Positions 37,314 to 46,664 of a stretch of 64,000 bases of DNA are shown here, piece by piece. The notes under the pieces were generated by a model, which did not search any database, had not been told where the DNA came from, and was given only the letters and a program-made list of their open reading frames with translations. Position 1 is the first letter of the stretch. Every line of letters begins with the position of its first letter. Both the position numbers and the translations under genes were made by a program. Source of the stretch: Acutalibacteraceae bacterium (GTDB taxonomy: Bacteria; Bacillota; Clostridia; Oscillospirales; Acutalibacteraceae); the NCBI GenBank assembly GCA_045536235.1, contig JAZSND010000036.1:18890-82889 (forward strand). The letters are read 5' to 3'.

Positions 37314-38003
37314 ATGAAAACCTACAAAATTCACTTAATCCGCAATGCCCTCACACAGGAAAATCTGGAGGGCAAGTACCTCGGACATACCAATTCGCCC
37401 CTTTGCGAACAGGGTATAGACCAGCTTGAGCAGCTTATCGAGCAGTATAAATTTCCCGAGGCACAGGTAGTTTTCAGCAGTCCGTTAAAGCGCTGCATTG
37501 ATACTGCACGTATGATATGGCCTGATAAAGAGCCGGTACCGATGCCGGATCTTATTGAATATAACTTCGGCGAATTTGACGGAAAAACCGCAGAAGAGCT
37601 GGAAACTCATCCCCTTTTCCCAAAATGGCTTGCCGGTGACCCGGAGGTTGATCCGCCGTTTGGTGAAAATCAGCAGGCATTCGGCAAAAGAATTTGCGAG
37701 GGTTTTGAAAAAATTGTGGACGGTATGCTTAAATCCGGCATTGAAAGCACCGCTGTAGTTACACACGGCGGCGTTATCATGCAGCTGATGGCACGCTACG
37801 CCCTGCCGGAAGCCAAGGCACATGAATGGATAACCCCAAGCGGTTGCGGTTATACGCTTCGTATAACACCATCTATATGGATGGGCGGTAAAAAGGTAGA
37901 AGCGAGCTGCGAAATACCGGAGCCGGAGCGTGATTTTGATTATGAACGTATGCTGTGGGGTCAGGAGCCGCTGGATTTTGATGACGAATTCAGCGATTTC
38001 TGA
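37314..38003 (+). CDS. histidine phosphatase superfamily (phosphoglycerate mutase-like) protein with a substituted nucleophile motif
   Basis: The fold motifs are present (GHTNSPL, VVTHGGVI). However, the canonical N-terminal RHG reads R-N-A (cgc aat gcc, 37341-37349). Confidence 0.7.
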   Translation: MKTYKIHLIRNALTQENLEGKYLGHTNSPLCEQGIDQLEQLIEQYKFPEAQVVFSSPLKRCIDTARMIWPDKEPVPMPDLIEYNFGEFDGKTAEELETHPLFPKWLAGDPEVDPPFGENQQAFGKRICEGFEKIVDGMLKSGIESTAVVTHGGVIMQLMARYALPEAKAHEWITPSGCGYTLRITPSIWMGGKKVEASCEIPEPERDFDYERMLWGQEPLDFDDEFSDF

Positions 38004-38102
38004 GTATAGTATATTGTTTATAATTTTTTAAAGGAAAAATAATTCTGCAAATGGGAAGTATAATAAAGGGTAAAGAATTTTAAAAGAAAGAGGTTTTTTA
38101 AA

Positions 38103-39101
38103 ATGAGTGAAAAAATCAGCGTAGTTACCGGTGCTTCCGGTCACGTTGGCTATCCGCTTGTTAAAAAGCTTTGTGACAGCGGCGAAAAAGTCAGAATTCT
38201 TATCAGAAAAGATTTACCGATTTTCGATTGCTTTAATGCGGAAAGAGTATACGGTGATGTTACTGACCCTGCAAGCCTTGAAAAAGCATTTGAGGGCGCA
38301 GAGGTTGTTTACCACCTCGCCGGTATGATTGAAATAAAAGCAGGCAACGATGAACCCGTATGGAAGGTCAACGTTGACGGCACAAAGAACGTTGTTGAGG
38401 CATGCAAAAAGTGCGGCGTAAAGCGTCTTGTTTACGCATCCTCTGTTGATGCTATTCCTCCGCTGCCCGGCAATCAGGAAATGGCAGAGATTTATGATTT
38501 CAACCCCGATAACCTTGAGGGTACATATGCAAAAACAAAGGCTGTTGCAACAAAGTATGTTCTTGAAAACAACGGCGTTGACGGCCTTGAAACAGTTGTA
38601 ACTCATCCCGGCGCATGTATCGGCCCGTACGATTTCAAGGTTTCAAGTGTCGGCGAAATGGTCAGAATGTTTATAAAGGGAGCTTTCCCTGTAACACTCA
38701 CCTTCGGCGCATACAACTTTGTAGACGTGCGTGATGTTGCAGAAGGCATGTACCTTGCTTCTACCAAGGGTATTCCCGGCCATTGCTACATACTCACCGG
38801 TGAGGTTATGACCTGCGGTGAGCTTATCAGCTGCCTTGCAAAAATATGCGGCAGAAAAGACCCGAAGATTCCGCTTTCACTCGGTCTTGCAAACGCAGTT
38901 GCTCCGCTTATGGAGGTTTACTATAAGGCTCTTGACAAAACTCCCCTTTTCACACGTTACTCAATCCGCAAGCTTTGCTCAAACTGTAACTTTACATACA
39001 AAAAAGCTGCGGATGATCTCGGCTACGCTCCCATGAGCGCGGAACAGTCCTTTGCCGATATGGTTAAATGGATTAAGGAAAACGAACCCAAGAAGAAATA
39101 A
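38103..39101 (+). CDS. NAD(P)-dependent epimerase/dehydratase family SDR (extended SDR)
   Basis: It has the N-terminal VVTGASGHVGYPLV Rossmann motif and the YAKTK catalytic motif. Confidence 0.8.
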   Translation: MSEKISVVTGASGHVGYPLVKKLCDSGEKVRILIRKDLPIFDCFNAERVYGDVTDPASLEKAFEGAEVVYHLAGMIEIKAGNDEPVWKVNVDGTKNVVEACKKCGVKRLVYASSVDAIPPLPGNQEMAEIYDFNPDNLEGTYAKTKAVATKYVLENNGVDGLETVVTHPGACIGPYDFKVSSVGEMVRMFIKGAFPVTLTFGAYNFVDVRDVAEGMYLASTKGIPGHCYILTGEVMTCGELISCLAKICGRKDPKIPLSLGLANAVAPLMEVYYKALDKTPLFTRYSIRKLCSNCNFTYKKAADDLGYAPMSAEQSFADMVKWIKENEPKKK

Positions 39102-39127
39102 TAAATTGAAAAAGCAGGTGAACAGCT

Positions 39128-41545
39128 TTGTCGTTGGTTAAAAAGGGAATTAGGCTTGTAAAAGACGGTTATAATAAGGTGCGTACTTATTGGCGCACTC
39201 CGCCTTTGGGAAACTACATGAACTATAAGGAAATTGTTTCGCTGTCAGCAGGCGGCTTTGGTGTAAAGGCGATAATTACATTTGTCCAGGCTGCAATCAT
39301 ATCGGCGAACAATGCCTTTGTCGGTAACACTATCGGCATCAAGCCTATGCAGATGTACGCAATATATGTTGCAAGTGTGCTTGTAGGCTTCCCGCTTACG
39401 ATGCTTCGCGCAAGAATTATCGACAATTCACGCAGCCGCCAGGGTAAGTACCGCCCGTACATTATCAGTATGGGTCTGCCCACAGTTCTGCTCTCAATCG
39501 GCTATGTGTGGGCGCCGTACGAGCATATGGGAGATATAGGCAAAATTGCTACGGTTGTTTTCTTTAACATCGGTTTCCAGTTCTTCTACAACTTCCTTTA
39601 CGATGCTTACGATAACTATGTATCTGTTCTGTCTTCAAATACTCAGGAGCGTTCCAACGTTCTTGCTATCCGTGCGGTTTCGGATTCACTTGCCCCCACA
39701 ATCATAAACGCCATAGTTCCGATTATAGGTGAGATTATTACAGGCAAAAGAGACCTTTACGATATCCGCATTTACCGCTATGTATGGACACCCATCCTCA
39801 TTATCGGCTTCCTTATCAGCTTTGTTCTTTATAAGAACACCAAGGAAAAAATCATTCAGGCAAAAACACACGTTGTGCGTATCAAGTTTATTGATGCGTT
39901 CCGTGCTGTTATGAAAAACAAGTATTTCTGGATTATTTCCCTTGCAGGCTGGGTCGGCTTCCTTGAAAGCATGGCAAACAGCATTCTCGGCTGGCTGTAC
40001 ACTTATCAGGCGGCATGTACATCTGCACAGTACGCAATTCTCACTACGATTTACGGCAACGCCTCATTCTGGGGTATGTTGCTGGCACCGATCTGCATTT
40101 ACAAATTCGGTAAGCGCAATACTCTGATATTCACAAACGCACTGAACATCGTTTTCATTGGTATGCTTTATCCCGTTGTAAAGAATGCAGACCCGTCAAT
40201 TATGATATGGCTTGCAATGATGTGCCTGTGGATGAACGCACTTGTCGGTTCGTTTGCACACATTCTGACTCCCAGCCTCAACGGCGATATCCGTGACTAT
40301 CAGCAGTATGTTACAGGCGAAAGAATAGACGGCATGTTTGCAGCAGTCGGTCTTATCGGCAGCGTTGTAACAATGGTTACTACCAGCGTTCAGTCTGCTA
40401 TTTACGAGGTTATCGGCTTCAACGAAACAAAGTATGCCGAGGTTCTGCCTGAAATTCTGGCTTCGGGTGTAGTGCTCGAACAGCCTGACAACGTTTATAA
40501 CGTTCTCTACCACCGTCCGACCTTTATCAGCATTTTTGCTGTTCTTATTATGACCGCTGTTGTCGGTGCGGCAATGAATGTTATACCCTATTTCTTCTAC
40601 GATTTGTCGGAAGTAAAGCAGAAGGGTATGGTAAAGGTGCTTCAGGTTCGTGCCCTGTTTGAAGATTACGGCAGAAACGTGCTCAGCGACAAGGACCTTG
40701 TAAAGGCTATTGAGCTTGTACGTGAAGCAAGAGAATATAGCGGCAAGGAAAAATTGCCCGAAGATAAATCAGCCATCAAAGCGGCTAAGACAAAGGGAGA
40801 AAAGAAAGCCGCACGCAAGGCAAGAAAAGAAGCACACGAACACAACGAAAAAATTATTGTTTCACAGTTTGTTGTTGATGAACTCAACCGTTTCAACACC
40901 GTTCAGGGTAAGGCACAGCTTGAAAACGCAAAACTTTTCGTAGCTGAAGGTATCAACCACATCTTTATCGTAAGCAAGGAGGATCTTGCTGCAGCAAAGG
41001 TTCTTCCCACTTCAACAGAGGAAGAAAAGGCTTACCGCAAGGCAGAAATCACACGAATCAAAGAATGTCTTTATGCACGGAAGGTTGCAAGGAAGTATTT
41101 CCCCAACGGCATTGATGCAGAAAAGGTTAATTCATCAGAGTTTGATAAGCTCTTTGAGCAGGAAGATGCAATAAACGAAAAGATTGATGCTGCTTACAAG
41201 GTATTCTACAAGGCAAGGGATGAAAAGAACAAGCCCGCAGCCGAAGAAGCAACAGCCACCATCAAGCAGCTCAAGGCTGAGGTCAAGGAAATAGAAAAGG
41301 CTATCAAAAAGGCAACGGATGATAACTCTGTTTATAACCGTGCCGCAAAGCCGTACCTTGACGCTGTAAAGCTTGTTACAATGGCAGAAAACTATACACA
41401 TTACGATGATATAGCTGCCATGTATGATGAAGCCAAGGTTCGCTATGAAGAGGCAGAGCGTCTTGCAGCCGAAGAAGAGGCACGCAAGGCAGCAGCAGAA
41501 AAAGAGCACGCAGAACAGCTTCGTGCACAGAGAAAGAAAAAATAA
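39128..41545 (+). CDS. GPH/MFS-type transporter fused to a roughly 300-aa charged coiled-coil C-terminal extension
   Basis: Residues about 1-500 are polytopic and GPH-like (DNSRSRQGKYRPY motif). Residues about 505-805 are K/E/A-rich helical sequence ending ...EEEARKAAAEKEHAEQLRAQRKKK. It uses a TTG start with AGGTG 6 nt upstream. Confidence 0.7.
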   Translation: MSLVKKGIRLVKDGYNKVRTYWRTPPLGNYMNYKEIVSLSAGGFGVKAIITFVQAAIISANNAFVGNTIGIKPMQMYAIYVASVLVGFPLTMLRARIIDNSRSRQGKYRPYIISMGLPTVLLSIGYVWAPYEHMGDIGKIATVVFFNIGFQFFYNFLYDAYDNYVSVLSSNTQERSNVLAIRAVSDSLAPTIINAIVPIIGEIITGKRDLYDIRIYRYVWTPILIIGFLISFVLYKNTKEKIIQAKTHVVRIKFIDAFRAVMKNKYFWIISLAGWVGFLESMANSILGWLYTYQAACTSAQYAILTTIYGNASFWGMLLAPICIYKFGKRNTLIFTNALNIVFIGMLYPVVKNADPSIMIWLAMMCLWMNALVGSFAHILTPSLNGDIRDYQQYVTGERIDGMFAAVGLIGSVVTMVTTSVQSAIYEVIGFNETKYAEVLPEILASGVVLEQPDNVYNVLYHRPTFISIFAVLIMTAVVGAAMNVIPYFFYDLSEVKQKGMVKVLQVRALFEDYGRNVLSDKDLVKAIELVREAREYSGKEKLPEDKSAIKAAKTKGEKKAARKARKEAHEHNEKIIVSQFVVDELNRFNTVQGKAQLENAKLFVAEGINHIFIVSKEDLAAAKVLPTSTEEEKAYRKAEITRIKECLYARKVARKYFPNGIDAEKVNSSEFDKLFEQEDAINEKIDAAYKVFYKARDEKNKPAAEEATATIKQLKAEVKEIEKAIKKATDDNSVYNRAAKPYLDAVKLVTMAENYTHYDDIAAMYDEAKVRYEEAERLAAEEEARKAAAEKEHAEQLRAQRKKK

Positions 41546-41579
41546 TTTTTCGCTTTAAAAAATAAGGGGAGCGTAAAAT

Positions 41580-43181
41580 ATGAAAAAAGCTATTTCTCTT
41601 GTTCTTGCTACCATATTTGTTTTAAGTTACTTCGGACTTGCGGGCGTTGAATATTCTCCGTCGGGCTTAACTGCACAGGCGATGGATATTGTAACCGAGT
41701 CCGGTGTTCAGGTTACTATTGAGTCTATTCTCTATAAATCAAATGCGCATACAATGCAGTTTCCGAATGCAGACCATTACGCCACCAAAGAAACAAGTAC
41801 ACCGGGTGACTATGTAATATCCAGGGATATTAACAATCTTGGCTACCGCTTTGTTTTTCCGGCAGGAACAACAGAGCTGAGCGGAACCATTTCGCTTGAC
41901 GGTGAAACTAATTGGCGCGGAGTCAGAATTAATGCAACCAATGCCCCGGAGTTCTGGCCAAAGGACGAAAACGGAAACGTTGATTTTACCAAGCCGGTTA
42001 CTTTCAACAGACCGGAAGACTTAGCAGAGCAGGACGAATACGGTCTTATTTACAGAGAATATTTATACGAAAAAGGTGTAGGCGGCTTCAAGGACTACAA
42101 CAGAATATACTGGAAGCTCGAATATGTCTGCGACGGCGAAACCTATACCGATTATTTTGATATTCCGCTTGTGGATTACGCTGAACCCGACAGAGTAACT
42201 GTTAAAGCACTTAACTTCAATGTTGCCGGTTTGCCGAGTGTAGGCACAATAATAGGTATGCCCAACGCAAACGTACCTGCCAATCAAAAAGAAGCGGCAA
42301 AATTTATTGTTGAAAACGATTATGATATTGTTGCCGTACAGGAAGATTTCGGCTATCATAAGCATTTAGTCGGCGGACTTGATGGCTACAACTACATGAC
42401 TAACCACACCGGTACAATTCCCGGCGGTGACGGCGTGAATGTGTTCACAAAATCCATGCCGATTTACAACGAAACAAGAGTTGCCTGGACTGATGCCTGC
42501 GGCATTATCTTAAACGGTGCGGACGAGCTCACACCCAAGGGCTTTGTCTATTCGGTTATTGATATAGGCAACGGAATTTATGTCGATTTTTATGATCTTC
42601 ATGCAGATGCTTACGGCGATGAAGGCTCTATTCAGGCAAGAGAAAAGCAGTATAAGCAGCTGGCAGATTTCATCTGTGCCAGAATGGAAGAAAACGACCG
42701 TCCTGTAATCATAACCGGTGATTTTAATGCTTTTATGCACAGGCACGTAGATAATGGCAATATGTACGAATATTTCTATGAGCAGTGCGGACTGAAGGAT
42801 GCATGGGTTGAGGTACACAACGGCGGAGATTATAATAATTTCTATCAGTGGCATATAAGCGGTATGGAAGCCTGGGGTAACTGGGATTCTGTTGAAAGGT
42901 TTATGTATAAAAGCGGCGGCGGTGTTGGTGTCATAGCAACAGATTTTAATTTCATCGAAGTGACAAACGAAAACGGCAATGTGATTTCCGATCATTCTGC
43001 CGCAGAATGTGAGTTCACATTTATCAAAACAGATGGCTTCGTTGAAAACACACAGCAGCTTGAAGTAACAGAGAAAACCGGCAGCAACTTTATTAATAAT
43101 ATCAAGTGGATTTTCAAAGATTTGGCAGTAATTTTATCCAACCTTGACGAGCTTTTTCTTGCTATTTCTGAACTGACTTGA
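41580..43181 (+). CDS. secreted endonuclease/exonuclease/phosphatase (EEP) family protein with an unknown N-terminal domain
   Basis: The signal-like N-terminus is MKKAISLVLATIFVLSYFGLAG. The EEP motifs are VKALNFNVAGLP, VAVQEDF, ITGDFN, SDHSA. The first 200 aa or so are unclassifiable. Confidence 0.75.
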   Translation: MKKAISLVLATIFVLSYFGLAGVEYSPSGLTAQAMDIVTESGVQVTIESILYKSNAHTMQFPNADHYATKETSTPGDYVISRDINNLGYRFVFPAGTTELSGTISLDGETNWRGVRINATNAPEFWPKDENGNVDFTKPVTFNRPEDLAEQDEYGLIYREYLYEKGVGGFKDYNRIYWKLEYVCDGETYTDYFDIPLVDYAEPDRVTVKALNFNVAGLPSVGTIIGMPNANVPANQKEAAKFIVENDYDIVAVQEDFGYHKHLVGGLDGYNYMTNHTGTIPGGDGVNVFTKSMPIYNETRVAWTDACGIILNGADELTPKGFVYSVIDIGNGIYVDFYDLHADAYGDEGSIQAREKQYKQLADFICARMEENDRPVIITGDFNAFMHRHVDNGNMYEYFYEQCGLKDAWVEVHNGGDYNNFYQWHISGMEAWGNWDSVERFMYKSGGGVGVIATDFNFIEVTNENGNVISDHSAAECEFTFIKTDGFVENTQQLEVTEKTGSNFINNIKWIFKDLAVILSNLDELFLAISELT

Positions 43182-43230
43182 ATTAAATACTTACATACAG
43201 CTTAAAAATAAAAAGTAATATAAAACAATA

Positions 43231-43270
43231 ACGCACACCGCATTTTAAAACTGCGATGTGCGTTTTTTGT
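43231..43270 (+). terminator. rho-independent terminator after the secreted EEP gene
   Basis: The stem ACGCACACCGCA / TGCGATGTGCGT has one mismatch and is followed by TTTTTTG. Confidence 0.8.
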
Positions 43271-43278
43271 TGGATTTT

Positions 43279-43675
43279 TAGTTGCAGCGAGTCGCCGGTG
43301 CGGAACGCACACTAAATGCCGCTTATTGAAAAGTTTTATTAGAAGAACAAATACATCAACGGCGGAGATTAAAAAGCGCAAAAGCAATATCAATGTAAAA
43401 AATGAACGATGCTGTGAATTTGAACGGAACAGGCTGACGAGCATAAAACTTAACTCATTTATCCGAGCGAGGGAACCATAGGCGGTAGAGCAAACTTAAA
43501 AGTCAGTTTTGCTTTAATAGCCGTTATGACAGCAGAACAAAACATTTTTTGTTCTGTCTGCCGAGCGGATTTGCTATCGTCAGCCGTTGTGGAGTGCATA
43601 TAACCCCAAAAGTTTTTTTGGTTACTTTTGTAACGCTTGACAAAAGTAACCTAACGAACCTCATTTATATCGCTG
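43279..43675 (+). repeat. intergenic repeat family, copy B1
   Basis: It has the full core. Its right part is of the short type and ends ...CAAAAGTAACCTAACGAACCTCATTTATATCGCTG. Copy B2 follows directly. Confidence 0.9.
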
Positions 43676-43922
43676 AATTACAGTTTGGCAGCGTGACGCT
43701 GCACCCAATGCCGGTGCGAAGCGCACACCGGATGCCGCCTATTGAAAAATATCATTAATAATAAAAATACATCAACGGCGGAGATTAAAAAGCGCAAAAG
43801 AAACATAAATATAAAAATTAAAGATGCTGTGAAGTGCATACAGCTCAAAAAGTTCTTTTGGTTACTTTTGCAACGCTTGACAAAAGTAACATAACGAATC
43901 CTGATTATATCGCTGCAGTTTA
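43676..43922 (+). repeat. intergenic repeat family, copy B2 (about 200-bp internal deletion)
   Basis: It starts AATTACAGTTTGGCAGCGTGACGCTGC. The core is deleted between GCTGTGAA and GTGCATA. It ends TATATCGCTGCAGTTTA, overlapping the stop codon of the BlaR1-like gene. Confidence 0.88.
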
Positions 43923-46220
43923 TGTCACTGCCTGATACACCGCATATGCATCTATCTGCAGCGGATAGGTTTCCATTACTCTGCCGTCATAGATCACACG
44001 GATGTGATCACCTGCTTTGAGCTTTTTCAAATCAAGTTCAGGTGCATAAGAAAGCATTGAGCTAAGGCGCACATAAACCGGTGTGCCTTCCTTTATTCCG
44101 TTCTGGTCATAAGTGACTTCCATAAGGATTGCGTTGTCATAGATCTCTTTGACCTTGCCCGAAAGTCCGGGTTCTGCATCAAGGCTTATGTCAGCTGTAA
44201 CACCGTTGATGTCAGTCGGTTTTTCCGTAGGCTTATTGTTACTGTTTGGTGTGGTATAATCAGCAGGCACACTGACACCCTCCATAAAGGAATTGACCTG
44301 GTTGAGGGTCATATCCGACGGACCGATGAAAACATCCTTGTTTCCGTCAATGGTATTCTTTTTGATAACTGCATAGCCGCCGGTTTTGTATTCTGTCGAA
44401 CCGCCGTCATCATAGCTGATTACAGTCGAGCCGCCATCCTTATACATCTGCGAAACGGCTTTGCCGCCAAGTGCGTCATTCTTTGCCTTTGTTACTATCG
44501 CATCGGCTGTAACTTTGCCGCTACCCAGAGCATCGCCAAGCGGATACTGCACACCGCCGATAAAGACATACGCTTCATCAAGGCAGTATAGGTAAACGTG
44601 GTAACCGTATTTTTTTCCGAAGGCTTCGCTTGTAAGCCATGTTACACCCTCGGACTTGCTTTTGACAACATAAAGATGATAATCATCCACAGGCTGATTA
44701 ATGCCACCGGGTGAATTGGTCGGAATTTCAGCTGAGGTAGGTTCGTTTTTATCCGGTGCAATAACGGCAGTTGTTGAAAACTCCTCCGTAGTATCGTTTG
44801 CTGTAAGCTCAGCTTTGAAATATTCGCGTGCCTTCTGCTCGCAGATTGTTTGCAAACGGCTGACATAATTCTGCGTATCAGTATCAAGACCTTTAGGGAA
44901 TTTTGCTTTTATACTGTTCTGGTACTCTTTGCCGTCCTCGGGTTCCCAATATTCAAGCAGAGTATAGTTCTCATCTTCGTCTACTTGGAATGTTATCGCA
45001 ACGGGTATCATACTTCCGCCTGTTTCAACGATACTGCCGTTTTCATCAAGGCTGTAGCGTGAATACAGCGCTAAAGCGTAGACCGTTACGGTGTGGAATT
45101 TGTCTTTCTTACTGCCACTGCCCTCTACAGTCAGCACGTGGTTAGCCTGACACTCAAAATCACCTATAAATGCTTTTCTGTTCTTGTCAAGAATTGCTTT
45201 TTCAACTGCTGTTTCAAGTTTCTCATTCATTTCAATATGGTATGATGCATTTTCATCATCCTTCGGGCTTGTCAGGAAACAGACTGCGGCAACTATACAA
45301 ACCGCAACGGCTGCAACAATAACCCAGAATGCAGGTTTTTTATAGTTCATAACTCCTTTTATCCTTTCTTTCACGCCGACTTCACCGAATGCCAGCGGAC
45401 ATGCGGCAATCGACTTTCGGCTGATGCTTGCATTAAGCAGGGCAACCGAATAGCTGCGGCGATCATCTTCGCCTAAATCTTTGATAACCTTTTCATCACA
45501 GGCTGCCTCAATATCCCTGCAAAGCAGTACATAGGCAACCCACAGCAGCGGATTGAACCAATGCACGCTCAGTAGCACGAAGCCAAGCGGCTTAATCAGG
45601 TAGTCAAGGCGTTTTATGTGTGCTTTTTCGTGTGCGATTACGAGGGGGATATCAGCTTCGTTCACCTTGTAGGGCAGGTAGATTTTCGGCTTGATTAACC
45701 CCAGCACAAACGGCGAATGAACGTGCTCGCTCTGATATATGTTTCCTTCCTTTTTTGTGGCTGTGCGCAGGCGGCTTTTAAGCTTTGCCCAACTAAAAAA
45801 AGCATAAACGAGCATAACAACTGCACCCAACAGCCATATCAGCGCTAAAATACCTGTTATTTCAACCTCTGTACCGGAAGAAAAATTTGCTGTCTCATAC
45901 AACTTGTTAACTGTACTGTCTACTGCCTGAAAGCCTGTGTTAACCTCAAAGCTGTCAAGATAAATTGCATCAGGATTAATCGTTTGCGTGCTTGGAATAA
46001 GGCTGAATGAGCTTTGAATATCGAGCGGGAAAACAATCCTCAAACCGACTACGCCCCACAGCAGACAGTTAAGCCATTTTGGCGCCTTTCTGAAAACCAA
46101 ACGTAATACGATTACCGCAAGCACAATCCACACTGCGGTTATACTGATGTTGACATGCGACAAAAACGGTGCAGTAAGAAAAACGGTAAAACGCTGAAAG
46201 AAATACAAAATCTCTTCCAT
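43920..46220 (-). CDS. BlaR1/MecR1-family M56 peptidase signal transducer with a non-PBP extracellular domain
   Basis: The M56 region has HEKAH (45618-45632) and multiple N-terminal TM segments. A further TM segment lies at about aa 300. The C-terminal region of about 450 aa lacks SxxK/KTG penicillin-binding motifs. Confidence 0.8.
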   Translation of the reverse strand: MEEILYFFQRFTVFLTAPFLSHVNISITAVWIVLAVIVLRLVFRKAPKWLNCLLWGVVGLRIVFPLDIQSSFSLIPSTQTINPDAIYLDSFEVNTGFQAVDSTVNKLYETANFSSGTEVEITGILALIWLLGAVVMLVYAFFSWAKLKSRLRTATKKEGNIYQSEHVHSPFVLGLIKPKIYLPYKVNEADIPLVIAHEKAHIKRLDYLIKPLGFVLLSVHWFNPLLWVAYVLLCRDIEAACDEKVIKDLGEDDRRSYSVALLNASISRKSIAACPLAFGEVGVKERIKGVMNYKKPAFWVIVAAVAVCIVAAVCFLTSPKDDENASYHIEMNEKLETAVEKAILDKNRKAFIGDFECQANHVLTVEGSGSKKDKFHTVTVYALALYSRYSLDENGSIVETGGSMIPVAITFQVDEDENYTLLEYWEPEDGKEYQNSIKAKFPKGLDTDTQNYVSRLQTICEQKAREYFKAELTANDTTEEFSTTAVIAPDKNEPTSAEIPTNSPGGINQPVDDYHLYVVKSKSEGVTWLTSEAFGKKYGYHVYLYCLDEAYVFIGGVQYPLGDALGSGKVTADAIVTKAKNDALGGKAVSQMYKDGGSTVISYDDGGSTEYKTGGYAVIKKNTIDGNKDVFIGPSDMTLNQVNSFMEGVSVPADYTTPNSNNKPTEKPTDINGVTADISLDAEPGLSGKVKEIYDNAILMEVTYDQNGIKEGTPVYVRLSSMLSYAPELDLKKLKAGDHIRVIYDGRVMETYPLQIDAYAVYQAVT

Positions 46221-46231
46221 TTCCTTCCTCC

Positions 46232-46582
46232 TTATTCTCCGATTATTTTGCGGATTTCCTCAAGCTCCTTATCGCTCAAATTTTTGTGTTTTGCAAAAGC
46301 TGCAATAAATGCAGGCAGCGAGCCCTCAAATTTCTTTTCCACAAGCTCGTCAATTTCGGATGCCTGAACTTCCTCCTTTGAAACAAGTGAGGTTACAACG
46401 GCATTTTCGTTTTTGACGATGCCACGGTCAGAAAGGCGCTTGATTACGGTGTATGTAGTTGTCTTGGACCAGCCGAGCTTTTCCTTGCACAGCTCAGACA
46501 GCTCACGTGAACTTATCGGTTCGTGCTCCCAAAGAATTACACAAAAGCGGTATTCGCTTTCAAAAACTTTAGGTGCGGGCAT
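46232..46582 (-). CDS. BlaI/MecI/CopY-family winged-helix repressor
   Basis: It is 116 aa with ...WEHEPISSRELSELCKEKLGWSKTTTYTVIKRLSDRGIV. It lies directly upstream of the M56 gene. Confidence 0.88.
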   Translation of the reverse strand: MPAPKVFESEYRFCVILWEHEPISSRELSELCKEKLGWSKTTTYTVIKRLSDRGIVKNENAVVTSLVSKEEVQASEIDELVEKKFEGSLPAFIAAFAKHKNLSDKELEEIRKIIGE

Positions 46583-46607
46583 ATGCTTCTCCTCCTCTTT
46601 TTGTATT

Positions 46608-46657
46608 CTAATGCATTAGTACAATATCATTCTAACGCATTAGAATAGTTTTGTCAA
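46608..46657 (-). promoter_or_regulatory. promoter with two dyad operators for the BlaI-like repressor
   Basis: On the minus strand: TTGACA (46652-46657), 17 nt, then TAGAAT (46629-46634). The perfect palindrome CTAATGCATTAG is at 46608-46619. The near-palindrome TTCTAACGCATTAGAA at 46630-46645 overlaps the -10 and spacer. Confidence 0.7.
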
Positions 46658-46664
46658 TAGAAAA

